Shown: piece by piece, positions 14,062 through 26,166 of the stretch
How positions within the stretch are numbered: position 1 is the stretch's first letter
Layout of the letters: each line of letters opens with the position of its first letter
From: Phoronis australis
Taxonomy: Eukaryota; Animalia; Phoronida
Reading direction: 5' to 3'
DNA: 64,000 nucleotides
Assembly (NCBI GenBank): GCA_002633005.1
Contig: NMRA01000535.1
Span: 197,169-261,168, forward strand
The notes under the pieces: generated by a model
The model's database searches: none
Told to the model about the DNA's origin: nothing
Seen by the model: only the letters and a program-made list of their open reading frames with translations
Position numbers and translations under genes: made by a program

Positions 14062-14352
14062 CCAGCAGGCCGTATTGTACTTAACTCATTCAACACGTAT
14101 AAGTCACCATACCTTTGGCATGCCATCAGTTTCCCCCATCAAGAAGTATAAGTCACCATACCTTTGGCATTCCATCAGTTTCCCCCATCAAGAAGTATAA
14201 GTCACCATACCTTTGNCCAGCAGGCCGTATTGTACTTAACTCATTCAACACGTATAAGTCACCATACCTTTGGCATGCCATCAGTTTCCCCCCATCAAGA
14301 AGTATAAGTCACCATACCTTTGGCATGCCATCAGTTTCCCCCATCAAGAAGT
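14062..14352. repeat. 49-50-bp tandem repeat of the exon 25 3' end plus splice donor, with probable haplotype overlap at N14216
   Basis: ATAAGTCACCATACCTTTGGCATGCCATCAGTTTCCCCCATCAAGAAGT repeated; 14062-14098 recurs at 14217-14253. Confidence 0.92.
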
Positions 14353-14464
14353 CAATCAGTTGGTGTGTAAGAGAATCATCCTTGGCCTGTCCAACAGTTT
14401 CAATGGCCAACTCAATGGCTCTAGAGTCGTCCGAGCTCGTACAGCGTAAGAAATGCTTGAGGGC
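14318..14464 (-). CDS. WDR19: WDR19 exon 25
   Basis: cag|[49 protein letters not shown]|gtatgg, 147 nt. Confidence 0.96.
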
Positions 14465-14469
14465 CTGAA

Positions 14470-14722
14470 ACAGACATAGAAGGTATGATGCACTCCTTGA
14501 GTGAGATTAGAGAAATATCAACAGACACGGAAGGTATGATGCACTCATTGAGCGAGATTAGAGAAATATCAACAGATACAGAAGGTAGATGCACTCATTG
14601 CGTGAGATTAGAGAAATATCAACAGACACGGAAGGTATGATGCACTTATTGACTGAAATTAGAGAAATATGGACATGGAAGGTATGAAGCACTCATTAAG
14701 TGAGATTATGGAAATATCAACG
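14470..14722. repeat. Minisatellite, ~51-bp unit, ~5 copies
   Basis: ACAGACACGGAAGGTATGATGCACTCATTGAGCGAGATTAGAGAAATATCA. Confidence 0.9.
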
Positions 14723-14905
14723 GTAAGTACAAACAAGTAAAGATGACGTAAGCTGAAATAGACACAGACAATGGTCAGGAATATGTGAATCTTAACATAC
14801 AAATTTTGAATTATAAAAAGGATATTTTCCATAAAATATTTAAAATATATGAGAATGCAGCTATTAACTAAATTAAAAATGAGATGGACTTGAGTAATTA
14901 CTTAC

Positions 14906-15015
14906 TCTGCTGTATTGCTGACACTGTAGAAAGAACTTGCCAGACATGAAATGATTCTTTTCATTCTCAAAGTGGACAGCGATACTTTGATAATCTTCAG
15001 GCGTGGCATCAGGAC
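14906..15015 (-). CDS. WDR19: WDR19 exon 24
   Basis: cag|[36 protein letters not shown]|gtaagt, 110 nt. Confidence 0.96.
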
Positions 15016-15238
15016 CTGTGAATGGTTTTAATTAATATAAAAATCAATTCAAGTCACAGATTTATACTAACGCATACAAGCAAAGTCAGGGATCAGGAAA
15101 TCAAGAAGAATTCATATAATATTCATTTTCATTCATAGCTTTCCGTTCAATTTGAAGAGATAAATGAATACTTGAAGTTCCTTACTTGAGCAAATTTGCA
15201 TTAATAACAGTAGTAACGTGATAATTATGTAATGGTCA

Positions 15239-15611
15239 TTCAATGCAGTCAGTTTCATTTACTCACACATTCAATGCAGTCAGTGTCATTTACTCACACA
15301 CTCAATGCAGTCAGTGTCATTTACTCACATATTCAATGCAGTCAGTGTCATTTACTCACACATTCAATGCAGTCAGTGTCATTTACTCACACACTCAACG
15401 CAGTCAGTGTCATTTACTCACATATTCAATGCAGTCAGTGTCATTTACTCACACATTCAATGCAGTCAGTGTCATTTACTCACACACTCAATGCAGTCAG
15501 TGTCATTTACTCACATACTCAATGCAGTCAGTGTCATTTACTCACATACTCAATGCAGTCAGTGTCATTTACTCAAATACTCAATGCAGTCAGTGTCATT
15601 TGCTCAAATAT
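15239..15611. repeat. Minisatellite, 31-bp unit, ~12 copies
   Basis: TTCAATGCAGTCAGTGTCATTTACTCACACA. Confidence 0.96.
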
Positions 15612-15833
15612 AGCTAAATTTCAATGGTATTATTTTTTTTAAAATTAAGTAACATTTACAAATTTGTTTCTTAACTGAGTAAAGCAATGTTATAATGAAC
15701 AGATATGTAAATTTGTGAAAAAGACGAAGCTAAGTATAAAACAAAGCCATTTTACATTCAGTGCAAGCATGAATGACTAACAGCAGTGACATCTGTTATG
15801 TTCATTACTAAATAGTAGTCTAAGTTAATATAC

Positions 15834-15958
15834 CAATTATTTCAGCATAAGTCTCCATCTGGCCGTGAGCTTGAGCCAGCTGGAAGGCTTCGTCATTACA
15901 TTTAGACATCACCAGAAACTGGATGGCTGAGGCGTAATCACTGAGCTTCAGGAAGAAT
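15834..15958 (-). CDS. WDR19: WDR19 exon 23
   Basis: cag|[41 protein letters not shown]|gtatat, 125 nt. Confidence 0.96.
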
Positions 15959-16991
15959 CTGCCAGAGAAACAGACCAAAGTCCATTTATAAGTTCAAAAT
16001 GCATTGACAGGTGACATATTGCACTGCAATCAGCACCATAAAGTCAATGAAACTGTGGTCAATTTACAGGTTTGTGTCACATCCAGTAGTATGTCTCATT
16101 CATCGTCATGTGACATGAATAGTCCATCTTCACTGCAAAAGGCAGAATTGGTAAGGAACAGAAACCAAACATAAGGATACATCACACTAATGTTGAAAAT
16201 TAGATATGTTGTTGTTTCACGCTCCAGTACCAGTCGTATGATTATGTTACAAAATATCATAAGGTGTCCTGTACCACTTTATGAACAAACAAAGTCACCA
16301 CAAGACAAAATATTGAAACTAAAAGTGTACACAAAACTTAAGTCATCATGAGACAAGTTACGTAAGGTTGTCCTAAAATGGTTCAATAGACGCGCGTGTG
16401 CAATGTCACATCACCTGATTTGGAAGTGTGTGCACAGCCAAAACAGAAATGTTGTTGCGGTGAATGCATAAATTCTTCGGCAAAGTGCAGATCTGTTATT
16501 TTTAGGACTACCTATGGATAATAAGACCCTCCTTTCACTATGGATGACAGAACTTAGGAATACGTTGTATGTCAACCTGTGCACGAGGAACATTGTGTGG
16601 CCAAGACCCTGTGAGCCCCTGAACAAGTGCACAAGGAACATTGTGTGGCTAATATTGATTGAGAAGATTGGCCTGATTTTCTTTTTATCATTATGGACAT
16701 GTATGCCTTGCCTATTTTTTGGAAATGGTAACTTATAAGTCCAAGTTGTGGTTGGGTAGCAATTGCTACAGGTCACTAAAATAAATGATTGATATTTGTT
16801 TGCTATAAAGAATAATTTTCACAATGGTGACACAATAGGTAAAAACAACATTTCTGTGAAGTCAGGCAAGGTGGACTTGTAACATGAGCACCCAAACTTA
16901 GAGAGGAAGTCCACACTCAGCAAAATGCTGTCTTCACTTTCATAACAGAAAACTGGGTCAAGTTGAGATGGGTGCGAGATTAAAGTAACCA

Positions 16992-17200
16992 GGCGACCAT
17001 GTCCACTGGTGACCATGTCCACTGGTGACCATGTCCACTGGTGACCATGTCCACTGGTGACCATGTCCACTGGTGACCATGTCCACTGGTGACCATGTCC
17101 ACTGGTGACCATGTCCACTGGTGACCATGTCCAATGGTGACCATGTCCACTGGTGACCATGTCCACTGGTGACCATGTCCACTGGTGACCATGTCCACTG
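16992..17200. repeat. Minisatellite, 16-bp unit, ~13 copies
   Basis: GGTGACCATGTCCACT. Confidence 0.97.
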
Positions 17201-17384
17201 AGTTGATTTTCAAATTAATAGCTTAATGCTCAACTGCTAATCTTGTCTATGCAGTACCACGTCAAATTTCTAATAAAAAGGTGATGTTTCTATCAATTTC
17301 AATTTAAATTTTGTAGCAATATTTTTGAAGTATGCTCTAATAATGTGGCCACATGTGTGGATGCATGAGAAGCAGACAACATAC

Positions 17385-17474
17385 TTGGCCACCATTTTGG
17401 CTCCCTCTACAGACTGCACCTCTCTTACAATCCTCACAGCCTCCTCAGGATTCTGAAGATGATCAAGATGGATT
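17385..17474 (-). CDS. WDR19: WDR19 exon 22
   Basis: cag|[29 protein letters not shown]|gtatgt, 90 nt. Confidence 0.96.
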
Positions 17475-17890
17475 CTGAAAGAAGTAAAAGAATTGATATC
17501 AGGAAACACCAACATTAAAGTCACCAGGTGGCGAGACCGTCTCATCCACGAATCCATTCACCTAGAACTGTCAAACAACATGTCATAGAAATGAAAGGAG
17601 TTTCATGAGTCCGTTCAAAAACAGTTTGGCGAAAGGGAAGGAGAAGAAGTATTCACTAGGTAAAATTGCTTTTGACGCTCTATATTATAAAATAATGTCA
17701 TGTTTTTTCATCTAAAAGTAGCACACCTGGTTACATGTAGACATAATCTGACTCGATCTATGTAAGGCAAAACACTATAAGGGTTGGTTTGAAATGTAAA
17801 TGACTGACATCTTGCAACACTGGTATTTATCAAAAACTTGTTTTTTAACACAAACACAGATGTTGTAATAAATCTATTTAATCGCCATAC

Positions 17891-18114
17891 CGGATCACAT
17901 TGTCCCAGTCTTTCGCATTCTCGTAGGCCTGAGCTGCTTCTTTGTATCGTCCATCTGCTTCTTTTGCCTTTGCGTACTGCGCGTGAATCTTAGGTGAGCT
18001 GACCTGGGGAAGTAGTTCCCCAACCTTGGCCCAGTTCTTACTGCGTATATACACAGAGGCGGCTTTGTCAAAGTAGTTCCCTTTCTCATAAAGAACAGCT
18101 GCCTCAGACCATTG
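17891..18114 (-). CDS. WDR19: WDR19 exon 21
   Basis: cag|[12 protein letters not shown]...[14 protein letters not shown]...WDNVIR|gtatgg, 224 nt. Confidence 0.97.
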
Positions 18115-18810
18115 CTGAAAATGACATACTGCTGTTGAGGTAATGTCGCACATGTTTGTGGTAGGACAAATCAACAAAAATAAGAATGTGCTAACGTTAC
18201 CCTACATAAGAGTGTGCTCTGTTCACATGCTAACGTTACCCTACACAAGCATGTGGTCCGTTCACATGCCAACGTTAACCTACACAAGAGTTCACTGTTT
18301 GGCTGCCTCTACTATGTGCTACAGACTGTTAAACATTCCACATTGTTTTGATATTAGTCACAATTAATATTTGAAAATCATAATACGTGTAAATTGGTAT
18401 AGGTTTTCAGAAAAGCTTAAAATATCTCCAAGATGAAGATGAAGTATTATGACTTCTTTTCTTTACTGAAACATTAACTTGAACTTACATGTGACACAAG
18501 TAAAAAAGGGTTGACTGTGAAGTTATTTCGTTCTCTTGAAATTGCCAACTAGATATTTTCTACAAGATATTGCATTATATTACATGAAGCTATTACAACC
18601 TAATGTTCTGTTTAATACAGAAACCAAATTTTAACAAGTCCTACAACAGCCAGAGAGTAACAATATCTTATGCACTAGAATGAGGGTCCACTAAATTTTC
18701 AAAAAACAGAATTTTGATTAATACACTGCATTTTTATTACACATTTTTCTGACAAATCTGGACAAAAGGTTTTCCTGATCACAAATATAGCAGTACCAGT
18801 TGAAACACAC

Positions 18811-18886
18811 CTTCATTCCTTCCAAGATGGCTGCACACTCTTTCTTCAGAATTCTGCTTGGCATTTTGCTGGCCATGTTTGCCCCC
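18811..18886 (-). CDS. WDR19: WDR19 exon 20
   Basis: cag|GANMASKMPSRILKKECAAILEGMK|gtgtgt, 76 nt. Confidence 0.94.
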
Positions 18887-19076
18887 CTGATGAAAAAATA
18901 CTAACATTAATCAAAATGGTTTAAAAACAACAATAAATAAAATTAGCGTTACAGTTTATATGCAGAATATATACTCAATATTATTCAAGATTCTAAAAAG
19001 TAAAAAATTCTTGTTAGGCCAGTCTTAAAAATATTTTTGTTTGCACTTACCCAATCCTACTTTTAAAATGTGGGGA

Positions 19077-19276
19077 AAAAACAAAAAAAAACAATTGCAG
19101 GCGGTCTGATACACGTTGTACCAGACGTGCGCAGGCCTCACATGTGGGCCCATATATATGGTTAAAACTGAGCTGAGGAGCTAAAAACCTGGCTCAAGGG
19201 TTTAGCAGTGTGACATGATGGACCTCGAGTAAAGAAAGCGAGCACTTATCAACCAGGCCACACTGTCTCCTCTCAA
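19077..19276 (-). mobile_element. tRNA-derived SINE-like insertion
   Basis: Flanked by the 12-bp direct repeat AAAATGTGGGGA (19065-19076, 19277-19288). A-box-like head TGGCCTGGTTGATAAG on the minus strand, T-rich tail. Confidence 0.55.
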
Positions 19277-19322
19277 AAAATGTGGGGAGGTAGGTAGGCA
19301 AAAAAAATTTTATAGCATCATA

Positions 19323-21780
19323 CAGGGCTCAACACAACGAGCTGCAGGTCGCATTTGCGACCTGAAATTTGGAAATGCGAGCTGAGATTTTTGTCGGATC
19401 ATATCAAGTCGCAAAATGCGACCTGGAACTTCCAACGAATGCAACCTGAGTTTTTAAACTCGTCAGCAGATACCTGGCAAATATAAAGCGACTCTAGTTA
19501 ATCCGACCGTTATTTGGTTGTTGCCAAATCCAAGTTCAAATTTAAAGAATAATAACCAACAACAGCCCTCCCGATGACTTGCAGGCAAATCACGTGAACA
19601 TGGATTATGCAAAATCGATCTTTGACGCATTTCATTAGCTAATATTCTCGGCCACTTTTGCAAATTTCCGGATTCGCTGAAGAAAGTTTCACGCCACTGC
19701 ATAACACATGATAAAACGTCACAAAACAGCAATGTTTCTAATAATTCTAAAGCGATCAACTTACAAACTTTGTGGTGGACAATGTTTATTTTTCGCGTAA
19801 GATGTCCTTATTACATGTACCAAATATCCACGACAATATCCCTGATATCGCACTGCGGCACTGATCGGTCCCGTTGTTAGCGCGCAAGAGATCCCAGCAG
19901 ACAATCATGACTTAGAGGTGTGTGCCTCATTTTTATTGCGTAAGACAGTCAAAGTGAATATGACAACCCTGTTAATCGCCAAATGACGGCCACGTCTTTA
20001 CTACTTTCAGTTGCCAAGAAATTGTCAAACCCCCTTTACTTGTTTCTGGGGCTACGTGCGCAAAATATGATTTGTCTTCCACACGTTGTTGCCAACCTAA
20101 AGTATAGGCCTACTACAGCCACTCAAGTACGTGAACTCACGCATAAGCACCACTTCAAAGTTGCATATCAAAAGATAACAGCGACAGTCCTAAATGAAAG
20201 AGTATACTGGCTTAGCTCTGTCAAGCATCCAGGCGCCAGTGGTTTATTTGAAAATGAACTCATAGATTCGCAGCGGTTATAAAAGACCCCGTGCTTTATG
20301 ATATTCCCCGGGACCGATATAAACCAGAACTGATATTTTCCTGTTCCAATGTTTCCCGAGATCGATGTTCCCTAAACCCTATATTCTATGCCTATAGCCA
20401 GCTATTGTAACTAAACGGGTATTAGATGCGAAATGTAGTTAGCAAATTTTTTATTCTTCTCTTATACATCTCCCTCGGCAACTTTTCGCTCCCTAGGCCA
20501 CTGTCACCATAAAATGTTCAAACTCCAATAGAAACACTATTGTTCCGGCTGAAGCGGGCAATTAAAAACAAAATTATTCCAGGTGGCTAAAAGGGTACAG
20601 TTTAGGTGGCAACGATATCCATAAAATCACCCCCACTAGATGGAGTTTGCCTCGCAAAATCAGATTATTACAATGCTTCTTACCATTGTAGACTTTTAAT
20701 ATCTTATTACTGCAAACACTCGGGTTAACGACTATGCTCATGCATGCTCCTACTCCCTACCTTTGAAGTGTTTCATAATAAGCGCTCACTGATCTAATAA
20801 GCGTTCCCCCTCAACGTTTGAGAATTTCCAATTAAGCGCCCACAGTTCAGGTTAGCGCCCATCATAGCGCACTACAAATGACCGTGCGTGGTTTAAAATT
20901 GACACGCAGCCTATATGGTGCGTCACTCTCATTTTACACAACAAATTCAGTTTTCAAGAAACATATTTTCTCAAAATGTAAAAACCAAATCCCGGCTTTG
21001 TTTTATACCTCCGAAAGAAAGTTAACACTAGTGACATGCATGTCGTTTTGTGACCGACCTATTTTTCGCATACTTGGAAAGTATTGAGGAGCAAAGTCAT
21101 CATTACACAAAGGAAACCCACACGGAGTCGGGAATTATTTCAAGGCTATTCATTTCATGCAAAACTAATTTTTGAGTAGTACGTAAACAGCAAGTACCAC
21201 ATTTTTGTTGCGAAAATTGCACTGAATTGTTTCCACGCATCCACAGATTTTTTTCAAAAGATGTTTTTCAAACGTCGAATTAAGTTGCAAAATTTGGAAT
21301 GCGCACAAAAAGTGGAGGGAATTTGCGCTTGTAGTAAGTTTGAATCTTTAACGACTTCAATGACAGTCAGCAGCAGGTCAGACCTAGCAAAATCCCTGAT
21401 ACTTTTTCAACGGGCATTTTCTCCCTTTTCACATCGCAAACTTAGCTACTTGAATGCACGTGTCAGTTAGACAGCACTGATTCAACTTTAACTTCGGCAA
21501 CTTGCCTTGTGCTCTAGAGCCTTTCAATGGTGGTCGTGAAGAACAGTAATGCCGTACCTGCATGAACGAAGTCAATTTTGCGATCACAAATTTGTGAATA
21601 TTTTACACTGTAGGTAAGAGCATAATCTAAACATTTTCTCGATGATCTCAAAAAATCAATTTTGGCAGGAAATTTTGTGACCAGGCATTTATGAATGTGA
21701 GCTGGATTTTGAGAATGCGACCTGGAATTTTAGCTAGGTTGCAAAGTGTGACCTGGTGATTTTAATAGCATCGAGCCCTG
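19323..21780. mobile_element. Non-autonomous hAT-like TIR element, copy 2, full length 2458 bp
   Basis: Ends CAGGGCTCAA / TCGAGCCCTG, 5-bp TSD TCATA, subterminal repeated CAGGTCGCA/TGCGACCTG motifs, no long ORF. Confidence 0.88.
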
Positions 21781-22555
21781 TCATAAATCAATTTTGCTTC
21801 TACTTCTCAAACAATAAGACACACCTTCTTCAAGAGTCTTTAGAAATTAACAATTCATGCTGAAGATTTTGTTGAAGGATTTTTGCCCGTTTTTTGTAAC
21901 TGTACAACCAAGTAAGGACTTATTCCTGGGCTGAGTCATCAATCAAACAAAAGTGTGAAATTGATCACAGCACTTCATGTAGAGTAATAAACAAAATGTC
22001 AGAGCAATTTTGTCAATAAAATTTTCTGAATCAGCGAGTTTTTAGGGGGTCAGTCAGGTAAGGGCAAAATAATGAACTTAATATTTATTTAGGCCTTATT
22101 TATGCATCAACTTCTCTGTTACCTAGAACATTCAAAATCTGAAATTTTGACCATACTCACTTCCAGGAGTACTACAATTTGAGAACCAGTTAGATGTCTA
22201 TTATTAAATGGAGAAAACTGGTTCACAAAATGTGAGACCCCTGTAAGCCACTATTACTAACTAAAATTTCAATAAAAAATTAAGTAACGTACATAGAGGA
22301 AAAGTAGACAATAACAGAACATTGGTGTCAAGATCACAAACTGTTTATTTAAAAATCTCACTTTTATTTTTTAACTTCAAGAAGTTTCCATCAAGTGAAA
22401 TCAGTTGAAATTCAAGTGAAACAGAATACAAGTACTAAGTTAAACTTCCTAAGATATATGAAAAGTAACAACTCAGTAAGAAATTCAACAACATTGCCAG
22501 GCAAAAGCATCAAATGCCGAGTCTAGAATGAGATTAAAAAAGCATAACCCCTCAC

Positions 22556-22794
22556 CTGCGTATATCACCCAGGCGGATAGACATGCGTGCCACTCCAGCA
22601 GCGCAAGCCTCGTCGTGCTCGCGCTGATCAGGATCCCGTGTCACTCCCTTCTCGTAATGCATCAGAGCATTAGTGTAGTCTCCAGTGAACTCCAACTGTT
22701 GAGCATACTCCTTAGAAATGAACGGAATCTGATCAGGAGCGAGAGCCTTGGCCAGTTGAAGAGCAGAGTCCCAGTGAAGGAGATCACGTCTCAT
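22556..22794 (-). CDS. WDR19: WDR19 exon 19
   Basis: cag|[16 protein letters not shown]...[10 protein letters not shown]|gtgagg, 239 nt. Confidence 0.97.
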
Positions 22795-23017
22795 CTGTGG
22801 TCAATCACAATGAGTGTGGATCAAGGTCAGAAAGTTTAGGAAAGTATAAGTTAAGGCTCATGCTAAATACTTAAAAAATGATTTTGACTTTTTTGATAAA
22901 TGAAATATGGCTCATCCTTATAGGAGTTTTGATGATAGAATTAAATTCCGTTTACATTGTAGAAACAACAAAATGTAAGAAGCCATACAAAATGTAAATG
23001 TTCTATCTCCAGCATTC

Positions 23018-23124
23018 AAGTTTGTAAAGATGCCTTGTGCATGTTTTTGTAGAGATGCCTAGTGCATGTTATTGTAGAGATGCCTTGTGCAGGTTTTTGT
23101 AGAGGTGCCTTGTGCAGGTTTTTG
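23018..23124. repeat. Minisatellite, 25-bp unit, ~4 copies
   Basis: GATGCCTTGTGCATGTTTTTGTAGA. Confidence 0.85.
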
Positions 23125-23568
23125 CTCTAAAGAGTATTAATGTGCTGCGAGAATGCTTGACAGATGTGCAGATGAAGTTGGCGAAGTTGTAAAAAGTGGA
23201 AAACAAAAAAATGATACTAGAGTTTTGACATTAGTCACATTACCATCCTCATTTACAATTGTCAGGCAGAAAACAAACTATCGTAAACAGTATGTTCACT
23301 TCACGTCACAATACATGGCATAAGATCTGTCAAATAAAAACTCTACCACAACTCCAATTCCTAATGAGTGACCTATCAGCATGGAGTGTCTGTATGATCC
23401 AGTTGTCAAGGTCTAAATATCAACAGGCAACAAATACCGTACTTAACTTCAGGTGGCGCTTTCTACCTACATGTGAATAAAAAATTTCATTGCTTTGTCC
23501 ACAATCCTATCTATGACAAGTACATTAACTAGAGAACTTGCACAAGTTCACTGGATGTTCCAACATAC

Positions 23569-23679
23569 CTCCAGTGCTGCCACGGGATAGCTAGACTGTA
23601 TGAACAAGTCTTGAGCCAGGTTATAGTCACCGGTGAACATGGCTATGTAGCCCATCAACAAACTGTGGTCTTCAAGGTT
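23569..23679 (-). CDS. WDR19: WDR19 exon 18
   Basis: cag|NLEDHSLLMGYIAMFTGDYNLAQDLFIQSSYPVAALE|gtatgt, 111 nt. Confidence 0.96.
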
Positions 23680-23839
23680 CTGAGATTAAAGAAAACACAC
23701 TTACAAAAACGCACAAACACCATGAGTGTTAAAGGTCATTAGAAGGTGAACGATTGTGAGCAACAGATGACACCTAATGACAATGGCAAAGTAGGCATCA
23801 GCTTAAATGGAAAGCCAACGTTTTCAGAAATTTGCTTAA

Positions 23840-24600
23840 AGGAGAATGCTACCAAAAAAACAACGTATTTTGAATCGATTTAGATTGAGTAGTTCCACTC
23901 GATAACAGCAAGTAATCAGTTCTTTTACCTGACACTTGACAGCAGACAAACATGCTGAAATTAACTGATGACGTCATAGGTTCTAACACAGTCTTTTCAG
24001 CAGTTCACAAGACGCTTACTCAGTGTCAGCTTATCAATTGACTTCATCGCTTTACACCAATAAATCATTAAAATGCAATGAAAAACCCTTACAAAAACAC
24101 TGACTGTTTAAACAAACGATTTGTTTTATTCCACTGTTACGGATTTATACAAGTTTTTAAGGAACTGTAGCCTACAAAGATTGGTAGCTAACTTACCGAG
24201 GTTGGTTGCAGTAATTAAATTTGGGTCTGTTTGGTGATAAATTAGAATTATTCTTCCGTCAAATACAGACAAGAGAGCATAGCTGTGAGATTTGATTTTA
24301 GACTTGCGAATATTTTCAGTTCTTAACACACAAAACGCTCGGTATAGACCTAATTCACGCTGAAAGGAGGCGCGTTCCAAAACGAGGCTCACTGGGATAG
24401 CTTTGTTGGCTTATTGGCATAGTTGTATTCCGCGTTGCTCGAACAGTTGGAAAAAATATGGACACTCAACTGTCTGTTTCACAATCCCTAAGGATGTTGA
24501 GATTTGGAAGTGTTGGGTTGTTGCCATACGCCGCGACGAAGGAAAATATTTCCGTTGCTTCTCGGTTGCTGAACATCATAGCACCGACCGTGCTGTGCTT
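23840..24600 (+). mobile_element. Decayed transposon remnant with THAP zinc-finger fragment (Kolobok-like left end)
   Basis: ttaa|AGGAGAA left end. 24403-24560 encodes C.P.CSN...FTIPKD...WVVAIRRDEGKYF (THAP N-terminal half, lacks CxxHF). Right end not found. Confidence 0.55.
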
Positions 24601-25212
24601 TCATGACTACGGGTTGAAACGTGATGCATTTTTCTTTCCAAAAAGCCGGGACAGGGCCCTCAATTCCTCAAATTTGGGGCGGAGTATCGGCCCTATTTCC
24701 CTCTCAAAAATATTGAAAAATAACGTGATATTCCCCCCAACGAGGCTTGAAAATTCCCCTAGTGATTGAAAGTTTCTCTCCTAAGTTCAAATTACCTGTA
24801 ACCATACAGGTGAGAATTTGATAAGGAACAAAATGTTACTTGAGACAGAGCTAACAACAGGGCGGGGGTGCTATTGATTGTGATCGCGAGGTAGATTTCT
24901 CCCTCACTCGGCGAAAAATTGTTCTCTCAGAAGGCACATGCACCTTTCCCCTCGGATGAACGATGCCTCTGAAGAAATATGATAACTATGCTTGCTCTGT
25001 CCAGTTAACTGAAGTTGAGCTCTAAAACAAGGTTATGCTTTGGATGACTGAATTAGGTGTTTTAATTTTAAATTCCAGTTGGTCCAGATTGATATTTGAA
25101 ACCTAACATATGAAATAGACGTAAGAATTTTTAAAAAAGCTTAAAAGAACTTGAAACAATGAAATTGAAAAGCATCAAGTACAATATTCCACCATCTTCT
25201 GTTAAAACATAC

Positions 25213-25274
25213 CTCTATCTTCTGAAGGGATATCACCATTCCAACATCACCGATATGTCGATATACACGAATGG
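25213..25274 (-). CDS. WDR19: WDR19 exon 17
   Basis: tag|IRVYRHIGDVGMVISLQKIE|gtatgt, 62 nt. Confidence 0.94.
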
Positions 25275-26030
25275 CTAGAAAGAAATTGAGACAATATTTA
25301 AAGACAATGAAAATACAAAGTAACAATAATGAACAAACAACAGGTGACTCAGTAATCACTGGGTGGCACAAAGGAAGAAAGGGATGCATTCAGTACGACA
25401 TGAACAGACTGAGTACAGAGAAATGTTCACCATCACTAATGATGTCATCTTATTGGTGCGTCAAATATCAGAAAATTTCATGAGACACAATGGAGTACAT
25501 ACAATATGAACCATGACATAGATCAGACCCTCTTTTTGACATTATGGCATCGTATTATGTGGCCCAAGGCATGAACTTGATCACGTGGCAGCAAGTCCAC
25601 CTCACCATCATTCTGAGGACGACTGCTGACAATGACAGTCGAAAACATTCAATTAATAGTAAGTACACGACTTTCTCATGAAATTCACCTGATAAAAGTA
25701 CTAGGTGATGACTTAAATGCATGGATTTTTACAGGTAGTATTTATTTCATCAGTGCAAACTAATGAATTTCTTCAAGGACCTCATTCAGAGAATTACTTT
25801 AACGGAATACAAGTTTGTTAAAACATATCCGCTAAATGACAGTTTTTAATTCAATCCAATCCTTATTATCCACGAAACACACAAAATTTCCAATTAACAC
25901 TTAAAAGAATGTATTGTACCAATAGAGTAAATCCAGACTGATAGGCTCTATTGACACATTCTATAACAACTGCATAATTTATTATGATTTATTATAATAA
26001 ATTTATTGTAATGATAGTAGGCAGCCGTAC

Positions 26031-26166
26031 AGAAGTCAATCTCCAGACATTTCATGGCAGCCACTCCCAAGTCCACCCAGGCATCCTTGCTGTTGAGGTA
26101 ATGACAGTAGACCCAGGCATCTTTAAACCGACCAAGGGCTATACACTGTTCTATGTTCTTTTTCAA
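26031..26166 (-). CDS. WDR19: WDR19 exon 16
   Basis: cag|LKKNIEQCIALGRFKDAW...LEIDF|gtacgg, 136 nt. Confidence 0.93.

Larger units (their letters stand above)
19017..22095. mobile_element. GGCC-ended MITE with TTA TSD (Zator/Harbinger-like), host of two nested insertions
   Basis: tta|GGCC...TTTGCACTTACC and GGTAAGGGCAAA...GGCC|tta; imperfect TIR. Confidence 0.55.

Noticed and set aside
15232-17213. Repetitive His/Cys/Ser-rich ORFs (also 26480, 33923, 39089, 39402)
   Set aside because: They are translations of minisatellites, often open in several frames, with no exon signals.
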